From assembly GCF_006345805.1 (NCBI RefSeq), contig NC_043006.1, forward strand, positions 64,728,001 to 64,792,000: 64,000 nucleotides of DNA. Direction: 5' to 3'. This DNA is from Octopus sinensis (Eukaryota). Of the stretch, positions 11,645 to 22,719 are shown one piece after another; positions within the stretch are counted from its first letter, which is position 1, and each line of letters begins with the position of its first letter. Position numbers and translations under genes: made by a program. The notes beneath the pieces are model-generated. The model saw only the letters and a list, made by a program, of their open reading frames with translations, made no database searches and was not told the DNA's origin.

Positions 11645-13150
11645 TATTTATTATTATTATTTATTAATTATTATTATTCTGATCCCCCTAGTCGCCACTC
11701 TGTTTACTATTTCAGCCTCGCCTCGTTTTTGCATATTCTGTATAATTCACTAGTTATCGTTATAGATATTTAAGATCTATCTCCCTTACAGGGCTGATTA
11801 GAAATTGGCTGCCGGTTCTTCCCGGGGTTTTCCCTCCCCCTCTTTTTACATTGTCTGTCTGGACTCCTCTTCCTACTCCTCGACATGGCTATGCATACTT
11901 AAGCTAGTAACCTGCCTCACTCTTGATTCCGAATTCCTTTTGCCAAGTCTGTCGGTAAACGAAGTGATCCCAAGATAAGAAATCTTTGAACTTTAATTCA
12001 TCCGTATCTCTATTTATTATTATTATTTATTAATTATTATTATTCTGATCCCCCTAGTCGCCACTCTGTTTACTATTTCAGCCTCGCCTCGTTTTTGCAT
12101 ATTCTGTATAATTCACTAGTTATCGTTATAGATATTTAAGATCTATCTCCCTTACAGGGCTGATTAGAAATTGGCTGCCGGTTCTTCGCGGCGCGCCCCC
12201 GCCCTGCCCACCCCCCCACCAATACCGGATATCTCTATTTTGCTCCAACTATACCGGATGTCGTTTCTCCCACCATTATAGGTGTCTACTCTTTGAACCC
12301 CTCTCTTCAATACGCTATTTCACCATGCATTACCCCTCTCTCGATATCCTACCTACTAGTTCTACTTGCCTAGAACCTGTCCTCTGAACCACCCCTCCCA
12401 CTGGTGCTCCCCTATATTTCTGCACCCCCACCACCATTATAGGTGTCTACTCTTTGAACCCCCCTCTTCAATACGCTATTTCAACCATGCATTACCCCTC
12501 TCTCGATATCCTACGTTCTACTTGCCTAGAACCTGTCCTCTGAACCACCCCACCCCTCCCGCTGGTGCTCCCCTATATTTCTGCACCCCCACCACCACCA
12601 TTATAGGTGTCTACTCTTTGAACCCCCCTCTTCAATACGCTATTTCACCATGCATTACCCCTCTCTCTCGATATCCTACGTTCTACTTGCCTAGAACCTG
12701 TCCTCTGAACCACCCCTCCACTGGTGCTGCTCCCTATATTTCTGCACCCCCACCACCATTATAGGTGTCTACTCTTTGAACCCCCCTCTTCAATACGCTA
12801 TTTCACCATGCATTACCCCTCTCTCGATATCCTACGTTCTACTTGCCTATTACCTGTCCTCTGAACCACCCCTCCCACTGGTGCTCCCCTATATTTCTGC
12901 ACCCCCCCATAAAAAAGCACCATCCGAACGTGGCCGATGCCAGACCCCTCTGGCACCTGTGCAGGTGGCACGTAAAAAACACCCACTACACTCGCGGAGT
13001 GGTTGGCGTTAGGAAGGGCATCCAGCTGTAGAAACACTGCCAGACTAGACTGGAGCCTGGGGCAGTCCCGAGCTCTCCAGACCCCGGTCGAAACCGTCCA
13101 ACCCGTGCTAGCGCGGAAAACGGACGTTAAACGATGATGATGATGATGAT
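11645..13150 (+). mobile_element. Composite element copy 1: ~370-bp unit x1.5, GC/G4 junction, ~160-bp VNTR x4, RTE-type tail (GAT)n
   Basis: 370-bp unit period 11681 to 12047; VNTR starts 12271, 12432, 12596, 12754; tail ..ggacgttaaacgatgatgatg; inverted homologue at 48241-49548. Confidence 0.85.
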
Positions 13151-13708
13151 ATATATATATATATACATACACGTATATATATACATGCACGTATATATAC
13201 ATATATATATATTACATACACGTATATATACATATATATATATACATACACGTATATATACACATACACGTATATACATATATATACACATACACGTATA
13301 TATATATATACACACATACACGTATATATATATATATACACATACACGTATATATATATATATATACACATACACGTATATATATATACACATACACGTA
13401 TATATATATATATATACACATACACGTATATATATATATACACATACACGTATATATATATATACACATACACGTATATATATATATATACATACACGTA
13501 TATATATATGAAAATGGCATAACCAGAGATGTGAGTGTTCGACTTTGCTGCTTTAACTTTTTAATGCATTTTTTTTCTTATGGCATGGATACGTGATAAG
13601 AAATTTGATTCCAGGTTTAGTTTCGCTGCGTGGCACCTCGAACAAGTGTCTTCTACGGTAACCTCGGGCTGACCAAATCCGTGTAAGAGGATTTGGTAGA
13701 TGAAAACT

Positions 13709-13746
<38 letters not shown>

Positions 13747-13757
13747 CTCTCTCCTCC

Positions 13758-13788
<31 letters not shown>

Positions 13789-14234
13789 ATATTATATATA
13801 TATATATATACGTGTATGTATATACGTGTATGTATATATTATATATATAATATATACGTGTATGTATATATATATATATATACGGTATGTATATATATAT
13901 ATATACACATACACGTAATATATATATATATATACATATACATACACGTATATATATATATACATATACATACACGTATATATATATAACATATACATAC
14001 ACGTATATATATATATACATATACATACACGTATATAATATATATTATATATACATACACGTATATATATATATATACATACACGTATATATATAATATA
14101 TACATACACGTATATATATATATACAACAACGTATATATATATATCATACATACACGTATATATATATATATACATACTACACGTATATATATATATATA
14201 CATACATACACGTATATATATATATATACATACA

Positions 14235-14269
<35 letters not shown>

Positions 14270-14808
14270 ATATATATATATATACATACACGTATATATA
14301 TATATATACATACACGTATATATATATATATACATACACGTATATATATATATATATACATACACGTATATATATATATATATACATACACGTATATATA
14401 TATAATACATACACGTATATATATATATATACATACACGTATATATATATATATACATACACGTATATATATATATATACATACACGTATATATATATAT
14501 ATACATACACGTATATATTATATATACATACACGTATATATATATTATACATACACGTATATATATATATATATACTCACGTATATATATATATATACAT
14601 ACACGTATATATATATACATACACGTATATATATATACATACACGTATTATATATATATACATACACGTATATATATATACATACACGTATATATATATA
14701 CATACACGTATAATATATAACATACACGTATATATATATACATACACGTATATATATATACATACACGTATATATATATACATACACGTATATATATATA
14801 CATACACG

Positions 14809-14841
<33 letters not shown>

Positions 14842-14844
14842 TAT

Positions 14845-14848
<4 letters not shown>
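13150..14848. repeat. (TATATA)nCATACACG compound microsatellite arrays, interrupted by 13508-13750
   Basis: Direct inspection; motif orientation flips near 13895. Confidence 0.95.
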
Positions 14849-14890
<42 letters not shown>

Positions 14891-15092
14891 GAGTTTTCAT
14901 CTACCAAATCCTCTTACACGGATTTGGTCAGCCCGAGGTTACCGTAGAAGACACTTGTTCGAGGTGCCACGCAGCGAAACTAAACCTGGAATCAAATTTC
15001 TTATCACGTATCCATGCCATAAGAAAAAAAATGCATTAAAAAGTTAAAGCAGCAAAGTCGAACACTCACATCTCTGGTTATGCCATTTTCAT
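13508..15092. repeat. Inverted duplication: 13508-~13895 is the reverse complement of the block ending at 15092
   Basis: atgaaaatggcataaccagag..gatgaaaactctctc (13508-13720) versus gagagttttcatc..ctctggttatgccattttcat (14880-15092), about 200 unique bp with no mismatch seen. Confidence 0.9.
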
Positions 15093-15654
15093 GATTGGGT
15101 TCCACTATTTTACCAAAGAAAGATAAGTTTAGTATCTGTTTCTTTGTATGTTCCTCTGCTTTTCAACATTTACCCCAGAACGAATCATTTCTCTTTATTT
15201 TTCCTTACTTCGCTTGCGTGCGATAAAAGTTTTTTTAATGGAATAACCACAATTGGTGTGTCCCACGCTGGACTTTGTTTGTTTCTAACTTTCTGGGAAA
15301 ATTCACATTTATTTAATGAAAACTTCCAGAAATACATTTTAGAGATGATGTTGATTAGAGTTATATCGGAATTTGTTGTGAAAAGTTTTCGTCGGAGAAG
15401 AGAGGAGTTTTGGAAAAATGAGGAGTTTCTGAAAAATGGACATTTTTTAATAAAGCTTCCCACAAATATTGTAGATAATGACTATGTCAGAATTTAATGG
15501 GGAAAAACATATTAAAAGCCGGGGAGTTGAATAATTCATAAGGCTCAATTTTGTTTCCTCGTACATTTTGACGCGGTGTGTCGCCTCCCCACTAAATATT
15601 TCCACATCAAATTTAGATATAATGGCAATATACACCATCCGAAACATCTTTTAT

Positions 15655-16015
15655 CTTTTATTTGTTTCAGTCATTGGATAGCGGCTGTGCTGGGGCACCA
15701 ACTCGAAGTGTTTTAATTGATCAAATCGACCCCGGTACATTTTCTTTGTTTTCACTTTGGTATTTATTCTATCGGTCACTTTAACCGAACGGTTAAGGGA
15801 TCGTAAACAAACCAAACCAAGTCTGGTTGTCAAACGACGCTGGAGACACACATACACATGACGGGTTTCCACACAGTTTCCGTCTATCAAATCCACTCAC
15901 AAGACATTGGTCGGCTCGGGGCTATTGTAGAAGACACTTGCCCAAAGTGTCGAGCAGTAGGATTGAACCCAAAAATATTTGGTTGCAAAGTGAACTGATT
16001 AACCACACCTTTTAA
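15655..16015 (-). mobile_element. Family-A SINE
   Basis: Reverse complement of head, body and tail. Confidence 0.8.
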
Positions 16016-16479
16016 AAATTCTATTAAAAAAATATCCATTTTTCGGAAAGTTATGAGGAAACAAAGTCGGTGGGGTCGGGGCACACATCAATAATTAGGC
16101 TATTTTAATGTGTGCATATGTATGTATGTATATAAGTTTAAAACCCTAAGAAAATAATACTGAAATAGAGAAAAATAAGATGTCGAGATAGCTTGATAAA
16201 TAAACTTAAAATTCTCATCGTCCTTAAATGGGCTGTGAGTTTAATACCGAAAAGTTTTGTACAACCCTCCTTCTGAAATACGGTCCATCACATGTCTGAG
16301 AAAGTGATTGACCTCCGGTCGAAAATCAATTGCACTCAAAGAAGTGAAATAAAATAAATAGATGTGACTCAACGGAGAATCGAATTTGCATCCTGGCAGA
16401 CTCAGTTTGCTAAGAATTCAATTCCACTTTCTATCGTACACGTACAAATTTTAAAAAAGTTCCAAATATTCCAAATAAT

Positions 16480-16690
16480 ACTCTTTCAAACACAAGGCCA
16501 GCAATTTTGAAGAGAGGGGGTGCAAACCGATTACACCGACTCCAGCACTTGACTAGTAGTTTATTTTATCGACCCGAAAGATGAAAAGGCAAAGTCGGCC
16601 TCAGCGGAATTTGAACTCAGAACATAACGAGCCGGAAGAAATACCGCAAAGCATTTCTTCCGACGCTGCAATATTCTACCAGCTCGTCGC
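16480..16690 (-). mobile_element. Family-B SINE
   Basis: ..gacccgaaagatgaaaaggcaaagtcggcctcagcggaatttgaactcag..agctcgtcgcc. Confidence 0.85.
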
Positions 16691-16855
16691 CGTTAGGTCA
16701 CAAATAACATTGATTTCTAGTATTCTATACTATTCTATACAAGGCCATCATACACAGTTTAGGGAGTTAAACTACAGTCGAATATAATCAGCGTTCTACC
16801 ATTTCTGCCACTCACCGTTCATACACAAAAGGCACATAATAAATAAAAGTCTTAC

Positions 16856-16862
16856 CTGCCAT
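16856..16862 (-). CDS. Start of CDS: ATG GCA G (Met-Ala-x, phase-1 intron); product unknown
   Basis: aattATGG has A at -3 and G at +4; first ATG after the predicted TSS; immediately followed by GTAAGA. Confidence 0.6.
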
Positions 16863-17031
16863 AATTAATTTTTTTTTTTTATCACTTGGTTCCTGTTTTT
16901 CTTGTTAACTTATATCACTTAATGTATTTAGCAATTCTATTAAAATCGGGAACACAAGACACACACACACTCAACGAAGCGAAGCTCAACGTCTTCCAAT
17001 GTTCGCTTACGACGCGACTCGGAAAAAAACT
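16856..17031 (-). other. Putative first exon (about 170-nt 5'UTR plus 7 coding nt) of an unidentified protein-coding gene
   Basis: Begins at Inr-like tcgAgtt about 27 nt below the TATA; no upstream ATG; ends at consensus donor CAG|GTAAGA (intron starts at 16855). Confidence 0.7.
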
Positions 17032-17171
17032 CGATTGTGGAATGATTCACCTTTTATAGTCGGTACTTCGAAAAAGATCGCAATTTGTGTGCTGTGACGT
17101 CACAATGTGATTGGATTGGCATGATAAACAAGCCAACGACACATTACATCCTAATCTATTGTTGTCACGTG
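17028..17171 (-). promoter_or_regulatory. TATA promoter with full CRE, tandem CCAAT boxes and E-box
   Basis: TATAAAAG 17058-17051; TGACGTCA 17095-17102 inside the 12-bp palindrome tgtgacgtcaca; CCAATCCAAT 17119-17110; CACGTG 17166-17171; all in canonical order and orientation. Confidence 0.78.
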
Positions 17172-19009
17172 GTTTCGTCTTATTTCTTTTCTGCTTTTTG
17201 TTTGTTAATTGTATAATTAATGATCTTCCTAACCCAACCCCAACAATATGCGTAGCAGACAATAAAACACTGTGTTCGTAGATAGAGTGGCACAGCATAT
17301 TTACTATCATGCACAATGGAAGATATACACGTATGTTTACTATCATGCACAATAAAAGATACACACGTATATATTCATACATAAATTCATACCTACAACT
17401 TGTGTGCAGCTAAGTTAGTAGGTTAAAAGTGTCCACTGAAAAACCTGTTAACGGGAATAAAAACACACACACACACACTCACACACATATACATACATTA
17501 GAGCAGTCGTCACAATCTGTCAGTTGACATTACTTTTCAGCCTGCAGAAAAGAAAAGAAACAAAAAAAGTTATCGATGAAATAAAACAAACAAAAATGGA
17601 TCGTTGTTTGCAGGACATACTTAAGATATGGTTTCACTAGTTGGTCGCTAAAACAAAGACAAACTGTTGAAACAAACGGATATCACCAGACATGATAAAA
17701 CCACTCCTTTACTTATTAAACTTATCCAACGACACGTCCAATCGAAGTCCATCTAAGGCAAAGAGGAATCTGGAGAAACCGGTTCATACTTATTACTTCA
17801 TTGTATTTGTAAATAATCATAAGCAAACAACTTGATAACACTGTTGTACATAGAAACAGGACAACCAGGAGGGGAATATATTTATCGTCAGCGCTGTCTG
17901 CTATCGTCTGCTTTGCTTTACTTCACAAACGCCGTGCTGCATATGGTTCCGCCAACGCCATAGCATTTGTGATATTTCTCCTTCATCCCCCACCCTTCGT
18001 GAAATGAAACTTGTAAGGATCTAAAGTAAATAGTAGGAAGTAGAGTTCCGGCTAAGATACTTATAAACGTAGTGGTTCTCGAACTGACAAATAACCACTC
18101 GCCAAAAAAACAATAGTGAAAATTTTCACTCTCCAACTTTATTAATGAGAAAATATCAAGAAAGACAGTTTACATCAATATAATTCTTCCTTCACCATGG
18201 TGTTGAACAAATTTAAATAGTTAATTTTATTAAACATGGCAATTTGTTAGCTTCCTTTTAACAATCTTCACAGAGCCAAGCCCCCAGGGAGTTCTGCCAC
18301 CCCTATCTTTCAATGAAAAACATAGCTATAAAGAATTCAGCATTACTGAAGTTGGATCCACCAAATATTTTGATTGGCATTCGTAATTAAACTGAGCAAA
18401 GCTTGGCTTTTAACTACCCATTAATAATAGGTCTTGACATCAGTTCTAGAAGATTTTTATTTTTCTGGTTGCAGTAATGATAAAACAAGCGCAACACTGT
18501 CACAGATATACTACAACATTGTTTTACCAGTAACAACAGTTGTAGACGATTTCTAGACTCATACAACACCATCAATCAGATTGGTTTTTAAGCACTCGGC
18601 AGTCAAATTACTGCCTACATTTCATTAATCCAGTTATACGTACATCAACAAACCGTGTACAATCGTTGTGTAATTGTACAAAAAGAAACAAACTAGACAT
18701 TGGTACTCGTTGCACACATTAAAATTCACATTTAATCAAATTTACGAGGCATTATGCCTTTCTTAAAGGGTTTCAACAATTATTGGCATCGTTGCAGTGG
18801 ACAGGCTTCTTTTCAGATGTTCTTTCTTCATTGTATTTCATAATTTGTCATGTGGTTTCAGGCTTGGACAAGTGTTTTCTAATATAGCCTCCAGGACGAC
18901 CACTGTCTTGTGAGAGAATTTGGTAAATGAAAACTGAGTGGAAGCATATTTGAAATAATTCTTTTTTTTTTGGAAATGGATCTCGAAACACATATATGCT
19001 ATAAATGAT

Positions 19010-19230
19010 GGTTTCAAATTTTGACACAGGACCAGCAATTTCGAGGAAGAAGTAGGTGGATTACACTGATCCCATCAGTGCTCAACTGGAACTTATTTTA
19101 TCGGTCCCGAAAGGATGAAAAGCAAAATCACCCTCTACAGAATTTGAAATCAGAACTTAAAGACGGACAAAATACTGTTAAGCCTTGTGCCCGGCAAGCT
19201 GACGGTTCTGCCTGCTCTGCCGCCTTATAT
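19010..19230 (-). mobile_element. Family-B SINE (diverged)
   Basis: tcccgaaaggatgaaaagcaaaatc..gaatttgaaatcagaac. Confidence 0.75.
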
Positions 19231-19300
19231 GCTATAAATAAATAAATAGCGTGCAAATAATTTTGGGTTGAAAGACCCTTTTGGATAGAAAACGTCGACG

Positions 19301-19370
19301 ACTGTCCGTAGGACTCGAACCCATATCTCCTGTAGACATGACAGACGTTCTACCATCGAACCAAAGTAAT
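19301..19370 (-). pseudogene. tRNA-like sequence (pseudo-tRNA or isolated SINE head)
   Basis: D-arm GTTC/GAAC, anticodon arm TCTGT/ACAGG with 7-nt loop, B-box GGTTCGAGTCC; acceptor stem and anticodon loop non-canonical. Confidence 0.55.
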
Positions 19371-19399
19371 CCTTCAAATTTCTCTATCCCTTTCAGAAA

Positions 19400-19570
19400 C
19401 TTTATTCTTAGCAGCGAATATGACGTCAACAATATTCTCTCCATCTGTTTTCTCTCCTCATTCCTTTCTGCAGAAGAGCTTAGGCTCGAAACGTCAAAGA
19501 CTTCTTTTATTTTTCCCGAGCGGCAGACTAATACACACAGTTATTCATTCACCTGTCACTGTTTTTTTTT
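19400..19570 (+). mobile_element. Penelope-type repeat with hammerhead motif (second copy)
   Basis: Homologous to 7456-7655 around ctg.agaagagct..gctcgaaacgt..cttc..tttcc.gagcg. Confidence 0.6.
19464..19499 (+). ncRNA. Minimal hammerhead motif with one core mutation (CUGC for CUGA)
   Basis: Stem I CUUU/AAAG, CUGCAGA, A, stem II GAGC/GCUC with UUAG loop, GAAA, CGUC (GUC site after 19495). Confidence 0.6.
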
Positions 19571-19584
19571 GCATATTCCGAATA

Positions 19585-19920
19585 TCTCTATATATAAACA
19601 GCAAAATGTCTGTCTGTGTGTGTGTGTGTATCCTTTATACAAATCCACAATTTTTCAGTTAGAGGGCTCGCACTTTCTATGGTCATTCAAAACCGTCCAA
19701 GGGTGGTCATGCACATCTTTACATTTCCCCAGTCATCCCGCAAAGCCATTAAAAAATCAATAGAAGTGACTTTTTTTGTGAATTTTCTATCCAAAACCCA
19801 ATCAAAATGCCCGAAACTTGATACGCCAATTGAATGCCAGCTAGCTGTATGTGCGCACGCACGCAGCTGTATATGCATGCACTAGCACTATGACCCGGCA
19901 ACGCCGGGTCATAGTACTAG
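19585..19920 (+). mobile_element. Non-autonomous Helitron
   Basis: A|TC start (tctctatatataaa), 12-bp subterminal hairpin actatgacccgg/ccgggtcatagt (19887-19915), CTAG|T end. Confidence 0.9.
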
Positions 19921-19939
19921 TACATATATATATGTATAT

Positions 19940-20148
19940 ATGATTGCGTGTGGCCAAGCGATTATGGTGTTGGTTTCGATTCTCAGCCTGGGCAGTGCGT
20001 TGTTCTTGAGCAAAACACTTTATTTCGCGCTGTTCTGCGATCACTTAGACATCTGACTTCAATCACTATAAACAAATCCTCTGTGCAGGTTGTTCAGTAA
20101 GGAATTGCGGAGTCCCTTATCTGTCGTTTACGACAGGAGAGTCGTGTG

Positions 20149-20191
<43 letters not shown>

Positions 20192-20350
20192 CGTCCCACC
20201 GCTTGACAACTGGTGTTGGTTTGTGTACATCCCTGTAACTTAGCGTTTTCATCAAAACGGACCAAAAGTATAAGTACCAGACTTTTAAAAAATAGGCACT
20301 GGAGTCGATTTGTTCGACTAAAAGTTTTTCAAATCGGTGCCCCAGTAAAA
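19940..20350 (+). mobile_element. SINE variant with family-A 3' half
   Basis: B-box ggtttcgattctc; tail ccgcttgacaactggtgttgg..gtcgatttgttcgactaaa. Confidence 0.7.
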
Positions 20351-21364
20351 GACAAAATCTATCTTAGTGTGATGATATGAGCGGAAACGAGTAAGAGAAA
20401 CCTCAACGTTTCAATTTGGTGGATGAAACGGTCTCAGAAAACACGGAACGCTTCTTTAAGTTACACAATCTCGACGATTTCAAATTCGTCCCAACAGAAA
20501 CAAATCTTATTAAAGCATCAAAAAACTCCGTTAAGACAGGATTTCAGTGAATATAAAAAAATTATTGAGTTACAAGTAGCCTGATTCTAAATGTCTCAGA
20601 TTTATAGGCAAAATGTATGTGGGAGGAAGGAAAGAGAAAGAGAGAGTTAGAGGGGGCAAGAGCAAGTGAGAGGGAAAGAGAATAGTAGGGAGGCAACCTG
20701 AGTACTGTTTGACTTTTGTAACTTTCGCAAACGTTTATTAAAGATCACAGGTCGTTGTAGAAAAACGGTCAAAAACCAAGAACTAGCACGCGCGTACACA
20801 TACAACGTCACAGAAGGGCTCGTATTTCATTATAACCACAGTTAATGTTATAAACAGTGTTTCTTTCAGACAAATATCACCAGTTTTTCTCCACCATCGA
20901 GGGAGTAATTTTCTACCAACCAGAATTTCGCGATTAAATATATTTCAACACACACAGATAATACCAAAGAAAAAAAAAATAGAACGATTATCGATTAACA
21001 TCATCTCATCAATATTAAAATGGTTGCTATTGGTTACATTGGTAGGTAATCAGAAGATCATTACCATAGAAATACAATATTTTATAGTCTATTAAACACT
21101 AATTTCTTCGTTATTCCGCTCTGCTTCCATTCTAATTTCTGATCAGGATCAATTTCACATTAACGAGCCTCTATGCTGGCGCCTGACCTGCTAGAAATAG
21201 CAGCCAGCCCTCGGTATAATTACAGATGGATGGTCACCGTCCGACTTTTGTTTTCTCGTAACTTTCCGAAAAGTGGATATTTTAAAATAAAATTTTCTAC
21301 AAATATATCTCACATGGTGTAAATTACAATTTTATCAGAATTTGTTGTGGAAAAGGAAAAAAAA

Positions 21365-21590
21365 AAACTAGACGAAAACTTAACGGACGGGAAATTAGAC
21401 AAACATACGATACACGGAATATTCGCCTCTAAGTTTACCTCGTCGGTCAATGATCCAAAATATCAGTGGTTTCGCGCCATTATCATTGAAACCACTCAAT
21501 CTTGGAAGCACCAGTGTTGTTATTAAGCCTCTAAGAAAAAGCTAGCGAATGTACACTGAGACAGAAGCAAACAAGACATATAAATACAAC
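21365..21590 (-). repeat. Dispersed repeat, copy 1 (copy 2 at 22720-22910); possibly Penelope-derived
   Basis: Shared actagacgaa..taacggacgggaaa..accactcaatcttgga.gc.ccagtg.tgttattaagc. Confidence 0.75.
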
Positions 21591-21667
21591 AGACGAAGAA
21601 TTATGCATATAGAACAGCACGAAGCCCTACGGCTATATACAACATAGGAAAGAAATAATAATTATAA

Positions 21668-22030
21668 GGCACAGGAGTGCTGTGTGGTAAGTAGCTTGCT
21701 TACCAACCAGAAGTTTCCGGGTTCAGTCCCACTGCGTGGCACCTTGGGCAAGTGTCTTCTACTATAGCCTCGGACCGACCAAAGCCTTGTGAGTGGAGTT
21801 GGTAGACGGAAACTGAAAGAGGCCTGTCGCATATGTGTGTGTGTGTGCGCGCGCGCGTCTGTGTTTGTCCCCCACCATCGCTTGGCAACTGATGTAACTT
21901 AGCGGTTCGGCAAAAGAACGGTAGAATAAACACTGGGCTTACAAAGAATAAGTCTTGAGGTCGATTTATTTGACCAAAGGCGGTGCTCCAGCACAGCCGC
22001 AGTCAAATGACTGAAACAAATAAAAGAATA
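21668..22030 (+). mobile_element. Full-length family-A SINE, CpGs mostly intact
   Basis: Head to tail match with 10489-10884. Confidence 0.9.
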
Positions 22031-22199
22031 CAAATACCACAAATACAACAGAAAGAGCTTTGGAGCTATCGAACGAACTTAGTGGGATTGCGCAAGGTGA
22101 AATGGAAGTCCTAATGGACGAGGCAGGAGCCCAGATCATCATGACCAGTATGGTCAAAAGCAGGGCGAAAAAGAACACTGCCTTCACTGGTCACGTCGT

Positions 22200-22428
22200 A
22201 GGGAAGAGGCAGTATATAGAGAGGGAAAGAATGGGATACAGTGAGAGAGAGAGAGAGAACGAAGGGGCAGAGGGAAAGGAGAAATAGAGAGAAAGAGAAA
22301 AGTATAAGGGAGGCAGGCGAGGGTGGAAAGAGAGGGTAAGAGTGGAGAAAAAGATAGAGTAAGAGTAGAGGTGGAAAGAGATAGAGTAAAAAGAGAGAGG
22401 GGGTCAGAAGGAGAGAGAATACAAAGAA

Positions 22429-22471
<43 letters not shown>

Positions 22472-22580
22472 GAGAGAGAAGAGAAAGGTACAAGGGAGAC
22501 AAACAAGGGCGGAAAGAGAGAGTAAGAGTGGAGAAAGAAATAGTGTACAGGTGGAAAGAGACAGAGTAAGAGAGTCAAGA
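22200..22580. repeat. Polypurine (GA-rich) block with an internal imperfect duplication
   Basis: ggaaagagag.gtaagagtggagaaa occurs at about 22325 and 22510. Confidence 0.85.
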
Positions 22581-22719
22581 ATCGCACAAATAATATTCAA
22601 GGAATATTTTTTACAATAAAGTAAACAAACAGGGTGTGCGTTGCTCTACAAAGATGTATCAAGAGTTGAACAGACAGAACACAAGGAGAAAAAAAATTAG
22701 ACGAAAGCAGAGCAAAGAG

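Noticed and set aside
12366-13012. Pro-rich repeated ORFs (MPRTCPLNHPSHWCSPIF..)
   Set aside because: Frames shift between VNTR units at homopolymer indels; no conserved reading frame in the second copy
10110-14907. Many 60-200 aa ORFs rich in Y/I/C/V/T/H
   Set aside because: Translations of (TA)n/(CA)n compound microsatellites; no coding signal
16130-16180. Strong-looking minus-strand acceptor tcttatttttctctatttcag
   Set aside because: In-frame stop within four codons and no downstream donor
22060-22619. E/R/K-rich and L/S/F-rich ORFs
   Set aside because: Polypurine low-complexity DNA; the same applies to 36833-37117, 52978-53604, 56786-57172 and 59546-59965
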